Source of the DNA: Sphagnum compactum
Taxonomy: Eukaryota
Reading direction: 5' to 3'
Assembly: GCA_965153455.1 (NCBI GenBank)
Contig: OZ234493.1
Coordinates: 11,026,213 to 11,090,212 of the forward strand
DNA length: 64,000 nucleotides
Below, piece by piece: positions 39,538 to 52,217 of the stretch (positions are counted from its first letter, which is position 1; each line of letters opens with the position of its first letter). The position numbers were made by a program, and so were the translations under genes. The notes under the pieces are model-generated. The model was not told the DNA's origin and did no database searches. It worked only from the letters and a program-made list of their open reading frames with translations.

Positions 39538-42500
39538 TTAGGTAACGCAATCAAAATTTTGGAAGGATGCAACCTCCAACAAAGCTTCACAAAGGCCATG
39601 CTCCTTTTCACTTTTTGTTGTTTCTGCTAGGCTTGAGCTCCCAAGATACACAAACCTTTTAGGAGAAGATGGTGTGAAGAAATCACTCCCCAATATCGAG
39701 CCTCCACGTTTGATCAACCTCTCCCCATCATCCCCATGCACCTTTTGAAATGGGCGTTTCTCATTGCGTCGTACTATTGTCGTGCCTTCCTCCATTGGCA
39801 TTGTTGACTCAAACACTTCTTCTTCAGGTATCAAAGGTTTCCCATCCACAATAAAATTCTTTCGAATTGGTGAGTTTTTAAAATTCGTCTTACAAGAGGT
39901 AATAAGCTTCTCATTTTTGCTTCCCAAGTCTATTGTTTGAATATTGGTGAGGAGAGAGATAGAGGTAGGTAGGGTGTGAAGAAATGTACAATCATGAAAA
40001 TTTAGCCATCGCAACTTGGGCATGGCACCTTCCTCCACCTCAGGAAATTGAACAAGCTTAGACTGCCCAAGATTGAACGAGTTAAGAGCTGGGAAGGCAC
40101 CTCGATGTGTGAATGATTGTGGAAGCTCTTTGATTGACAGTCCAAGCATCAACGAACCTAGCCTAGGAAGACTATCTAAGGTAGGCAAGCATACTAAATT
40201 GGGACAATTGGTCAATACTACATCATCTAAATTGGGACAATCATTCAATGTTAAATTGACTAAATTGGGACAATCATTCAATCCTAGGATTTGTAAATCG
40301 GGAAGAAAGCTCAATCTTAAGGTCTTGAGACGTAAAAATGGTTTCATGTCTGAGGAAATAAGGACTTTGATACTACCTGTATGTAATGTGAGGTCTTCAA
40401 GTTCTTCCATTAATTCTAGTTTGGAATAATATGTGGAATGAGAGTTATTGTGGATAACTAATGACCTCATATGTGGCATTATATTACGAGTTATATTACG
40501 ATAATCTATCTTTAGTATTCTAAGACTTCCAGGTAAGCCCCTACCTCGTACATCAAGACCACAACCCAAGAGGTTAAGGGATTCAAGCCGTTTCAAAGAA
40601 GGAAATTCGAATGGTAGAAATTTCAATGCAGAACATTGAAATAAATTGAGAGTTACCAACATCTCAAGTTTCCCTATCGACCCTGGGAGTTCCTTTAAAT
40701 TTGCACAACTTTCAAGATCAAGGACCGCCAACATTTGCAATCCCCCTAGCGATTTAGGAAGTTTTGTGAAAGAACAAAATCCAAGGTGCAAAGTTTCCAA
40801 CTTTTCTAGTTTACCTATTGAGTTTGGTAGATTCTTTAAGCGTATGCAATATTTAAGGTTAAGATTCTTCAGGTTTTTAAGATTCCCCATTGCTTCTGGT
40901 AGTCTTTGTAAACCATCACAACGTTCAAGGCATAGAGACACCAACATTTGTAGCCCCCCTGTTGATTTTGGAAGTTTTTCTAAACCTTGACAATTTCCAA
41001 GGTGGAGATAAATCAAATGCTTCAGATTGCTAAACCCTTTGGGGAAACCTTTGAAAGACCTGCCAAAAGTTAGGTCCAAACCCATGAGTAAACTTCAAAA
41101 TACATCTTAACCTTGCAAAACAAGTTAGTCGTCCATTAAGAGTAATTTCCTTAAACCTTAAAAGTCCTAATCTAATTTGTTAAGTCCTTATACATAATCT
41201 TTAAAAAATCTCTCACACAGCAAGTTTTAAATAAATCAATTGATTCTCAAGTTCATTGGGCGAAGATTCTCACTTGTTGAAACTTAAGTCCAAAACCTTG
41301 AGATTTTGTTGAATGCCTTTCAAGAAGCCATCTGGCAAATCCTCCAATTGTTCATTGTGAGAAAGAAGAAGTGTATGCATATTGGGTGCAGATATCTTGG
41401 TAGGGAGTGTCTTCAAGTTGTTGTCATTCAGTGATAGTCGACGAACAGCAAGCAACTCCTTAGCATTTGTTCTCCATTCCGGTGGGAATTCTTGCAAATG
41501 GCGACCAGGTCGATATAGAGCAAGTTGCTTTTTTTGATCTGCATCATGACTTTGAATAATGTGGAATGCCAAGTCTCTCAAGACCCGATGAATTTTACAA
41601 CACAACTTGTTTTCAATATCAGACACTAGTTCAATGAGGGATCGACCTATCAACAACCCCAACACATGGTAGGTATCTTGTTCAGGATCATCTCGAAAGT
41701 CTCCTGGAACCAACCCTTCTGCAACCCAATATTGAAACAACCTGTCTTGCTCCAACAATTCATCTTCACGAAATGCTGCAAAGTAAAGAAAACATTCCTT
41801 AGCATTGGCATGATCAGCATTCTCTAGATCATCGTAGCTAGTCTTGAGGTAATCAAACAGCTGCTTTTCCACATCTTGATGTTTCATGCGTGATTCCTCT
41901 AGTTTCTTTAGTTCTCGCTCCCACTCTCCAGGCGACTTCTTGCCAATCATCACTCCACCTATCACTTTAAGAGCCAAGGGAAGACCTTGACATTCCTCAG
42001 CTACTAAATGGGCCAATCCCTCTACTCCAGGGGGAATGTTATATTGGCCAAATGCATGCACACGAAACAACCTCCAACTATCTTCTTCTGGAAGCTTGTC
42101 CATGTGTAATTTTGTTGCTTCTGTTACTCCTGCTGTCAGTAATACACGTTCCTTTCTACTAGTCCATAGTGTAACACTACCAGGTCCTTTAGCTACGTCC
42201 AGCCATTCTATGACACTCTCTTCCCAAACATCATCTACAATGAAAAGTACCCTCCTACTTGAAAACTCGTGGCACAATATAGACCAGTAATGACTTTGAC
42301 CCAAGGTGTTGAGATGTACAAGATTTGGATACAATTTCTCACTCAAAGTTCGATAGAGTGACCTGAAGTCAGGATCTTTTCCAACAGTCAGCCAAATGAT
42401 ATTTGCATTTCCAAAATGTTGTTGCACCTCCATGCTATTGTGGACTTTTTGAGCAAGAAGTGTTTTCCCCACCCCACCTTTGCCCCAAACTCCAATAGAG

Positions 42501-43276
42501 TGAGGATCTGCATCACTATGTGTTGAGAGTAACAACTGTTGCAGCCTCCCAATAGACTCGTCCAAACCAAAGACAAACGGAGGCACATGCAACTTTGGCG
42601 AAGGTTGTTGAGGGTCAATCGTTGCCAAGGTCAATGGTAATGCCTCGATCGCATCGTCATGGTCATCAGATGCGTTCAACTTTTGCAAAGCAGTTATGAT
42701 TGCAACAGTTGCTTCTTCAACATTCAACGACTTACCAATAGATGGCTTGAAACATTGTCGTGTAACATCCGCCAATTGTCGTGTGACATTCGGCAATTGT
42801 CGCGTGACAATCGACAATTGGTTCTCCACAGATTGCAGTGCATGTTGAGTGTCTTTGGTCGCATTTTCGACTTTTACCGATATAGACAAAGCCAAATCCA
42901 CCCCAACCAGAGGTGCTTGTTGCAAGAGCGCCTCCACACTCTCCGTTAATTTGTTAATTTCTTTGGCTGCACGATACCTAGACACAGGAGCTGTCCATCT
43001 TGGATGTTGTTCATTGGACGCATTCAATGTTGTCTCTGCGGCCTTCAGTCGTTTCTCAAGTTCAGTCAACCATGTATGCACCAAGCTCACATTCGAACTC
43101 AGATTAGGGGCCCGGGTTCCTGTGTGTTGTAGAAGAGGCTGCAATTTGAAGAGAAGATCACTTAATTTCCTATAACTCTTATCATACTTCAAGGTAATTT
43201 CTACAGCATCGATCACTCGATTTAATAGTGGTTGCAACTGCCCAAGAATCCCAAAAACTAACCCAGGCTCTATCAT
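39538..43276 (-). CDS. RPW8-like CC-NB-ARC-LRR immune receptor, copy 2, apparently intact. Exons 43276-41274 and 41092-39538, about 1185 aa; possible alternative 3' micro-exons
   Basis: Same motif set as copy 1 (GKGGVGKT, LFIVDDVW, GLPLAL, CFLYFAAF, IHR), a longer LRR, and a conserved phase-2 intron AA|GTGAGA...TGAAG|T. Confidence 0.95.
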
Positions 43277-43380
43277 GATTTTGGATCACACTTCTCGTGA
43301 CATTGAAAAAACTAGGTAAAATCTCTCTCTCAATCACTTCATCCTTCCTCTCAACTTTGAACCTTGGCTCTAGTATACTG

Positions 43381-46300
43381 ACCACGAAACCTCTAACAAA
43401 ATGTCCATCAGCAACATTTTGCTCAGCCAAGGAAATGACTTTGTGTTCAGTTTAATCATTTCCTTCAATATCGGTGTTCATCTAATGACAAAACAGTGAA
43501 CAAAAACAAGCCAAATCAACACTCAACAGAAAGAAGGTAGACGTTCATATGCCAAAAAACTTGACCTTTCATGCTGATCTTGAAAAGCCACAAAATTCCT
43601 TCCGGTAGTCTACTCCCGACCAAGAATTTGGGGGAGATGAACAAAGCTAAAAGAGATTCGAGACTCCCCCAAGTTTGACACATGACATTCCTGCAACTTC
43701 ACCCCTCCAATGAACTGTCTCAAGCCTCTTCTCTACTGAACCAAAAAAAAAGAAAAGAAAAAAAGCTAGAATCTTAAAGCAATTCCTGATGAAGGTGTGT
43801 TGTGGTAGTTTAGTGTCTACTCCTTGGCATTCCACCCCCACAACCCCTGAACAGACAGATGGTGGTGGTCTGATTAGGTCCTGGCAATATATAATGGGCC
43901 AGAGAGAACCAGCAGCGATGGAGAACTCTGTGTGCAGCGTTCTGTACTTTGTAACCCCAGTAAAGCACCTTCCTTGAAAGTTTGTGAACCGCGTATATCA
44001 TTCACATAAGTGAATTTGATGTCCATTCACCAGACTCTTCACCTAATCTCTGTAATTTCCTAGGTGATACAAGGGAATGAATGGCAGCAGTACAGAAGTA
44101 TTGCTGTTTTCTTTTTTACTCGAACTGGCCCATTTTGCTGGATTCTCTTTTCACCTTTCACTCCAAACACAGGTTTTGTGTCCATCTTATTTATTTGCTA
44201 GATATGTTTGGATATTATATACCCTTAGTAGGTACCCATAACATATATACACTCAGTATCCATCACATGGCAGGTTATGGGAACAGAAATTGTCTGGGCA
44301 TGACCCCATTTTTTTAGGAAAAATATTAATAGGGCCAAAGGGTAGACAGGGCAGAAAAGAATGCAGCAGTAGTTTTGTAAGACCTTCGGCTGACTAAATA
44401 TTTTTCTGACCTTTGGCCTGGGACAAGTGCTCGTTTGCTGGTTTCACTTCTGGTTGTGCAAGTTCCACTTGTGATCTGAATCATGTATTAGATGATTCCA
44501 CTTTCGATTGTGACTGTTCCACTGGTGATGGGATCATTGGTCAGGGACACCAGTTACTGGTTGAAACATGGCCTGGTAGCACCTGTTACCAACTGACACA
44601 ACCTCTTCTTGCCATCCCAGCTTTGATGCATTCCTATGTGGAATGTGCCCTACCAAGTCCATTCCATAGGGATGTGTTGAAGGAGCCTTTCACCTAGTTG
44701 CAAGAGTAGAAATTTAGTAATTGCTTGTGTGTTTAAGTGCTTTTCTCGTTGGAGAAAGTTTTAAGAAGTACCCTCTCCTTACTTAAAAACAATTTTTAGT
44801 TTTTCCACACACTCCTGCTTATCTGAAACTTTGACCATGTGGTTCATAGGTTTCGGTTTTAGTGTAACAAAATAGGTTTGAAACATAAATTCAAAGTGCA
44901 AAGAAAAGTCAAAAGAATGCATAAGAAACACATCTGACCCTTTCAAATTGCATAGCTTGTAGTGCAAGCTTCAAGCCATAATTCTGACAGCATCAAAACT
45001 TGGCCATCATGTCTGATGGTGTCTAAGACATGTCAGTTTCCAGAAAATTAATTGGGAGCGTGTTGATGAACCTGCTATGAAGCATCTTTCAGAATATTCT
45101 ATAATATTCTATTTGTCAAAATGGAATTTTCAAAATTAGATCATTATTTGACAGAGTCTTGATGAACCTGCTATTCAACTACTCTCTCTGAATGGTGTGA
45201 GGTGCCCTCCAATAAGTAAGGAAAGATGGTCAGTTTTGACGCGTATATGCAGGCACATACACAGCCACCCACCACCGCTCACACTCCGCTTCCAACTCAA
45301 TCTTCACGTACTCCAACTTGGACTTTCTGCAGGACCTTTCACATCACTTCTTTCAAAGCATTTTCACCACACATCAGTGAAGATTATTTTTATTGACAAG
45401 GATATTGTGTTTAGATTCAATATAGAGTATAGTAGCTTAAGGGATTTTGGCCCCTAGGTAATAGGTCTATTTTTACATGAGGATTTTTGAAAGATGATGT
45501 TTTCGCTTGTGTTCAAACTTGAGAATAGTTATAGAGTTATAACAGCTTGAAGGATCTTGGTTTCCTTCAGAGGATTCTTTGAAGATTATATTTCTGCAGG
45601 GTGAAATGTTTGAGTTTCCATAATTCTTCTTTTGCCTTAAAATGGCAAGGCCCCAGTGTGACACAATCCTTGTTAAATCTTGGAGCAAGCTAGCGCAAAT
45701 CTCCTTGCTCTCTGATAAAAATAGCTCAAAAAATAGATTTTTGTATTGTGAATTTGGTCCCTGACAATTATTGGTCCAAATGTACAGGAGGAAATGGTCT
45801 TTCACTAGTTGAACTGCCTTTCTTGATGTGTGGGGACATTGAGCATTAACATCGACATATTTTAATGTAAATGTGTAGATAGAACTAGCAATGTGAGGTG
45901 GAGATGCCCTCCAGCTTCTCAATCTCCACCTACTACAACTTGGAGTTTTGGACTTTCTTTCTGCAAAGTTTGGCAGGGTTTCATCATCATTTTGGACTTC
46001 CAGGATGGCCTTTCCCACCAGGTCTTCCTTCAGGCTTTTCTCACCCAACTTGAGAAATTTCCTAGTGGATTGGAATGCACCTCATTTCTCTGGACTTTCT
46101 GCATGATTTGGGCCCCTAAAGCACTCTGAGAAATTTCCTAGTGTACTTGGAAGGCACCCTATTTCTCAGTGCACCTAGTCTTCAGCTCCATAATGCGAGA
46201 ATATCAGCACTTTGGGGCTTTACCCTACACTTTCCCATCAGACCGACACGAGGTTGTTGGACATCTCATCAAACGTATGGCCAGAATTAGCCCGGCGACA

Positions 46301-46804
46301 ACTCCAAAGGCTCTGGCAAGGCTGGGCTGGCAGTTACCTATGTGTCCTTTTGTCTTTTCAATCCAACACGAGTAGTATGCTGTGCACTTGATGGCTACTC
46401 TTTTCTATAACATAAACTACACCACCAAGCAAATGTAAATAGGATCACAATTGCTCTCTCCTCAAGGCATCAGGGTTACTATATAGGAGCCGTCAGAATT
46501 TCTGAATTGAGCCTCGTACTAACCATGTACTACATGGCCACACTGGCAAACACCATGTCCCACGTATGCCATTGAGTCAGAAAGAGATTTTCTCCAATTT
46601 TTAAAATTTTAGGTAATCAAGGACTGAAGTTTATGGGCCTTTTGGAAGTTTGCAGATCTAATTAGGCTGTTGAGATGGCAAAAACAATTTGTTTGGTTCC
46701 TGATTCCAGATAAGGGTTTGTCTCCTATAACATATCCCCAATCCCGCACAACTTGACTCCAGCATCTCACCCTCTCTGATTTTACGGTGATCCTTGAAAC
46801 TGTA
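43381..46804 (-). repeat. NLR-upstream module U3
   Basis: Colinear with 17393-20850. Confidence 0.87.
45290..45860 (-). pseudogene. Decayed transposase-like sequence (Sola2-like motifs) inside module U; also at about 19330-19900 and 56400-56700
   Basis: LLYIWTNNCQGPNSQYKNLFF..FLS followed, in the uninterrupted U4 copy, by TDVL*NCFERSDGKGPAES. This resembles the xSDGxxxQYKN ... WNFFxxxHGKGxxDG pattern of Sola2-type DDD transposases. Confidence 0.4.
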
Positions 46805-49800
46805 GGGTAAACTGGCCCAACCGCGTTCACAGGCCTCCCACTGAACAACCCAGTAGTGCAGGGCACAGCCATCAATCGAACATTCAGCATCTGGCGTTTG
46901 TGTACCTAAATGCTGAAGACTGAATGCTCGGTTTCTAAAATTGGGCATGTAGTTTTTGCAGAAAATGTGTTTGGAGTGTTGTTTTCGATGTTTGGTTTTC
47001 AGAACCTTGTGTGGTATGAAAAATTGTTTGGACATCTTTTTCATATTCTTATTTGTTCGCATGTTTACACATGTTTGGTTTAGGGCTCACAATGGGTGGT
47101 GACTGATGGGGGAGTGCACAGCCAAGGGGGGTGAAGGGACCAACAAAGAGGGAGAATGTTTGGTGATGGGCTATCAAGTGTGCACCCAAAGAGGTTAATG
47201 TTTGGTAAAGGGTGTTGGAGTATTCAGTTTAGCAAAGGCCATTTGAACAGACAAAAAGGTTAGGGTTGAACTCATAAACACAACAACTAACTAGAGACAT
47301 TTATGAGCACCCTAAAGAGTCCAAATTACAAATTCCCCCAAATTTGGCTGCACTGAGTTCCCTGCACAATTATAGCTAGCAGATCCAACAACATTCACAA
47401 GTTCTCCCTCTAGAATTATAGCTAGCAAATCCAACAACATTCACGAGTTCATAGAGCAAAGTTGAGTATAATTCAATGCCATGTTCTCATTTTAACCTTT
47501 ATAGGCATGTTTAGCTAAAATCTATTTTGAAAAGAAATTTCTACCTAATGTAAAGCTTGTATTTCTTGCAACACCATGTTTGAGAGCAAACTGGCTAAAT
47601 TAGAAAACATTGGTCAAGGTAAAAGATGTAGATGAATGTAAACATTCTCATAGCAAGGTGAAAATACAGACTATAAATGAACGTTCTAATGAGAAGGTTA
47701 GGATCAAAGTAGAATGTATAGATGAACTAAAACATTCTAATGAAAGGGTTAAAATCAAAATAGAACATACAAATCAGTTGAAGCATTTTGATAGTGAGCT
47801 TAAGGGCAAGATAGAGGAGCTACAATCTAAAATTATGTGTCAAAATAGTAAGCTAAGGATTCATGAAGGTGAAGGAGAGAAGAAAGGGGTTGATTAATAC
47901 ATAGATAGACTTTACAATTTCAAGTATAGGTATGTTGAACACAATAATCAACAAGACCAAACTATGGGGCATGAAGTTCAATGAAAGGTAGGTTTCAAAT
48001 GACTGCAACTTAGTGGAGTATGAGATACATTCCAACAACCTACACAACAAAAAATGATGTTGACATAATCTGTGAAAACTTTATTGAATTTTATAGTTTA
48101 GTCAAATCCAACCATGTATTAGAGTCCCATTCTATTCAATTCTACCCTAATTTAAAATACTTTTTGGAATCATGGTCTAATCATAAGAGGCGCGAGGTTG
48201 TAGGGCCAGATTAAACACCATTAAGTTGTTGAAAGCTTGGGCCAAGAGGCAACAAATAGCCATGAATCCCAATGTGCCTTGCAACTGTAGATATAGTGTG
48301 CTAAAACAATCAGCTACAAATAAGGAAAACATCCAACAAGTAGGAGCAAACACACATAAAACAACTAGGGCTAATAGAGTTCTTATGAAAGTTGTAGGAG
48401 GAAAGTGGACATATTAAGCTTTAAAGGAACCAATGGAGGTAGTGGAAAGGGGAACAAACACAATGAGAAAGGTAAGTAGGAATTATGATATATCATTGTT
48501 TTTTCTTGGAAATCATTTGAATGGTAAAATAAGGAACATAAGGACTGGATTTGGAGGGGTACTAACAGATGAAGAAAATGTTGCCATTGTTAGGTGGGTA
48601 TTCACAATGAACGAAATGGGGTTGCCTATCACCTTACAACAATTAAAGATGAAAATGGTTAAACTCGCCCAAACTAGTCCTACTCCATTGTACAATGGAA
48701 TACCTGGTGTTAGTTGGTGGTATTGGTTCAAACATCGCCACCTTGAATTCAACATCAAATAAGTTAAAGGGTTGGAGGTTTGTAGAGCCCAAGGTTTGAC
48801 CAACAGTGCTTGCCAAACGTCTTATACCAATTTTCAAATGTTATACACTAAGCACAATTACAACACAAATCACATTTGGAACTTTCATGATATTAGAATT
48901 CAAGCAAGGAAGCAAAGCAGAACTAGGATGTTAACCAAGTGAAGATCCCAACAAGTATACAACACAATTCCAAAATTTTAAGAGTGGTTAACAATCAATT
49001 ATGGTGGGGGGTTTAAACTAACATTTTACATATTCAAGAGACAAAAATTGTGTGATAATTACATCCAAAACTACAAACCCTACAACTATATGCTAATACA
49101 AAAGAAAGTTTGGATGACCTCAACTTTATTTAAAGGAATTCTTTTAATTTCCAAAAGGTTAGCACAAGGGGGAACTTCTTATTTTAATTCTCATATTTTA
49201 ATCTTAAATGGGCATGGTTTTCATGTCTCATTGGTGGCTATAGAACATGCCTAAAAATTTGGCCTAGATGTGCTTACATTACCTAACCACACTTTTCACA
49301 TTTTATAATTATTGGATGTATTATGTTTTGAACCATTCAAAACTACATTCAGAAAAGAGAGGCATGGGGCAATGGTAAAGAACAATTATCTAGAACCCAA
49401 CAATATCACATCAACAGGTCGGGTGGACAAAGCACTAAATCAAACATTGCCTAGGAAGAACTTCATATGAAGATTTAGGGCTATTGGAATTTGGCCTTTT
49501 AACCTCACAACTGTGGATGCAAAGACCCAAGCTAATGAGATATGCATCACAAAGCCATACAATGCATTAGACTAGAAGCAAAACAATTCAAATGATGTAG
49601 ATGAAGATACAACACAAGGAAGGGTGATATTGTTGCAACAAAACTTTTGAACATAATAACAACTATTGAGGCTACAAAGTTTGAGCTTCCTACTTAGTAT
49701 TTCAAAACCAAAATATTGCTTCTTATGTTGACCTACCCAGGAACCTTGGTGAGGAAATAGTTGGAGGATGAAACCATCAACCTAGAGTTTAGCCCTTGAC

Positions 49801-50621
49801 TTTTAAGCAATAGGAAGAGCAATATATTCCAACAATAGAAACCTAGGAAGCTTTGAGGATGCACAACTAGTTTTCACTACCCCACTTTTCTGCAAGGAAA
49901 CCAAGGGGAAGGTGCTATTAATTGACTATAACATATTTCATGTGGTCACCTTGGATGAATATTTGGACATTTTACAAAGGAAGATAATTGAAAAGGAAAA
50001 TGTAAAAGAAATTAAGGAATCAAACCGTAAGGAAAGGGAAAACAAGCAAAATAGGATGATTATTGATGAGGGGATTATAGTTGATCAAACAAAACAAAGG
50101 TCAAGAGATAAACATGCAAAAGTTGAATTTATAGAATTCTAGTCTACAATTGTAGTTGTGAAAAGTAGGAGACCAAGAACAAGAGGATCATAATGACCAT
50201 GAACAAGGTGAATGCAAGATTGGGTGGCTCACTTTTTGTGTCCTTCTGCAATTCTTTACAAGGTGTAGTGAATTACCATGCCATAAAACCATTTATATGC
50301 CAAATTGGGACTTGGTTTTAAATTCTCAACTTTAATAAGAAACAGTTTATATAATTTGTGCCTAGTAAATGTGCACCCATTATGTAGTAATGGACTTTTG
50401 AAATGAATAAATATACGGACTATCCCAACCATCTACACTTCCCATACACATGAAATTTTCAATGTCATATTTTGAAAATATATCTTATAGGGATTTAGTA
50501 TTTGATAGATGAAAGAAAATCAAACATAGATTTGAAAAATTCACTATAAAAGCTATAGCCAAAATATAGTTATGGGTTTTTAAATGACAAAAATCTAAAC
50601 CTTATTTTCAAAAGTCTCTAT

Positions 50622-51251
50622 GGGTGAAAACGCACTAAGGTGTAACACTTTTAGGCATATGTGAAAGTCCATAATTGACTAAATTAACATTACGAAGGTA
50701 ATGTGAAGGTAGGATACCTTGAATCACACAAGTCAGTTTACAAGTTATCATTTGAAATTTATTATAAAAAAAATTTCAACCTTAGTTTGCCTTATGGCAA
50801 ATTAAAATTTGAAAGATGAACGTTTAAAATATTACTTTCATTAAATAAATGATTTAATAAGAAAAAACATAATTCAAGGTACATAAAAAAATTGGTCATC
50901 AAAATCCTTCCAAAATATTTTGTTTGGTATCAATCTTACCACATCATATTACCATTGAGTCTTTTTCTCATTAAAGAACATTATGTGAAGGTGTATAAAG
51001 TCCATATAAATTAATTATTGATTGTTACAGATTTTTGGGTACTCCTTTGAAAGTTCATTATGTTATGGCTATTAAAAAATTATCCATGAACTTCATACAA
51101 CATGTTATTATATTATATATAACATTGTAATGTTGAATCATTTTTCATCCTAGTTGACTATATTTAATCACATGGTCAATTACAAAGTTTAAAATCTTGT
51201 AAAAATTGCCTTGTGATAACATTTTATGGATAATGTAGTGTGCTTTCACCC
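50622..51251. mobile_element. Non-autonomous TIR element (630 bp), GGG...CCC termini, degenerate 4-bp TSD; Sola2-like
   Basis: CTAT|GGGTGAAAACGCACTA ... TAGTGTGCTTTCACCC|TTAC. Empty site AAAGTCT-TTAC-ATGGGTC at 26091-26108. Confidence 0.8.
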
Positions 51252-51574
51252 TTACATGGGTCATTTTTTATTGGATTGATGATTTTTTCCTTGTAACATG
51301 TGTGTCAAAAAGATGTTTAAGTGGGTATATTTTCATATGAATTTTATTAGTTCACTAAACAACTTGTGGTCCCCCTTTTATGTTAATTTGACACAAAAAG
51401 GACTTTTATGGATTTTTATTTGCCAAAAACAAGCCATTTAACACTACATCTATTCAACAAGAGGATTGGGGGGGAGAAATGAAGCTTTGACCTACTACTG
51501 AAGAGATTGACAAGAACATATGAAAAGGAATGCAACAATTATGAACAAGGGGGAGGCCAAAAATAAAAGGATCA

Positions 51575-52217
51575 GGGTGAAATCACATTAAGGTGGACCA
51601 AAAATGGCAACTACAAAGTCCATTTTGGGAGATTTTTTAGTGTATTTTTTAACATAAAAAATTGGACAAAAGCAAAAAACCTTGAAACAAAATTAAGGTT
51701 GGCATATTTTTCCATGTCCAAGCTAATGATGCACTAATTTCAACCATTTTGAACACCTCCATTTAGTTTTGGTCATGAAAAAAATTATTTTGAATATGTG
51801 TTGGACTTTCAAAAAAATTAGACTATTACTACACATAATAAACAATTATAAAGTCCATCATATACTTCAATTTCTCCAAAAACTTTAATCTCAAGTGTCA
51901 TAACCCTTGAAAGTATAACATGTCCCACATTTGTGGAAAAAATCTTCAATCTTCTTATAAACAATGTGTCCATAACATTTTTTATGATTGTGACCTAGGA
52001 ATGACCTATATTACAAAGTCCATCTTTCATTGAATATTAATGTTATTGGTGTAATTATTTGAAACTTAGGAGGAGAAAGAAGTTAGCTTCATTTATTTGA
52101 GTCCATTTGTTATGGAATTCTCAACTTGCATATGGGTTTTATCAATAATATGTATTTAACACAGAAAATTTTGCCTTTGTGGCATCTAAATAAGTCCATC
52201 TTAATGCGTTTTTACTC
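51575..52217. mobile_element. Non-autonomous TIR element (643 bp), GGG...CTC termini, TSD ATCA; Sola2-like
   Basis: ATCA|GGGTGAAATCACATTAAGGTGGAC ... GTCCATCTTAATGCGTTTTTACTC|ATCA. Empty site AAAGG-ATCA-TGACATGACC at 26421-26439. Confidence 0.87.
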
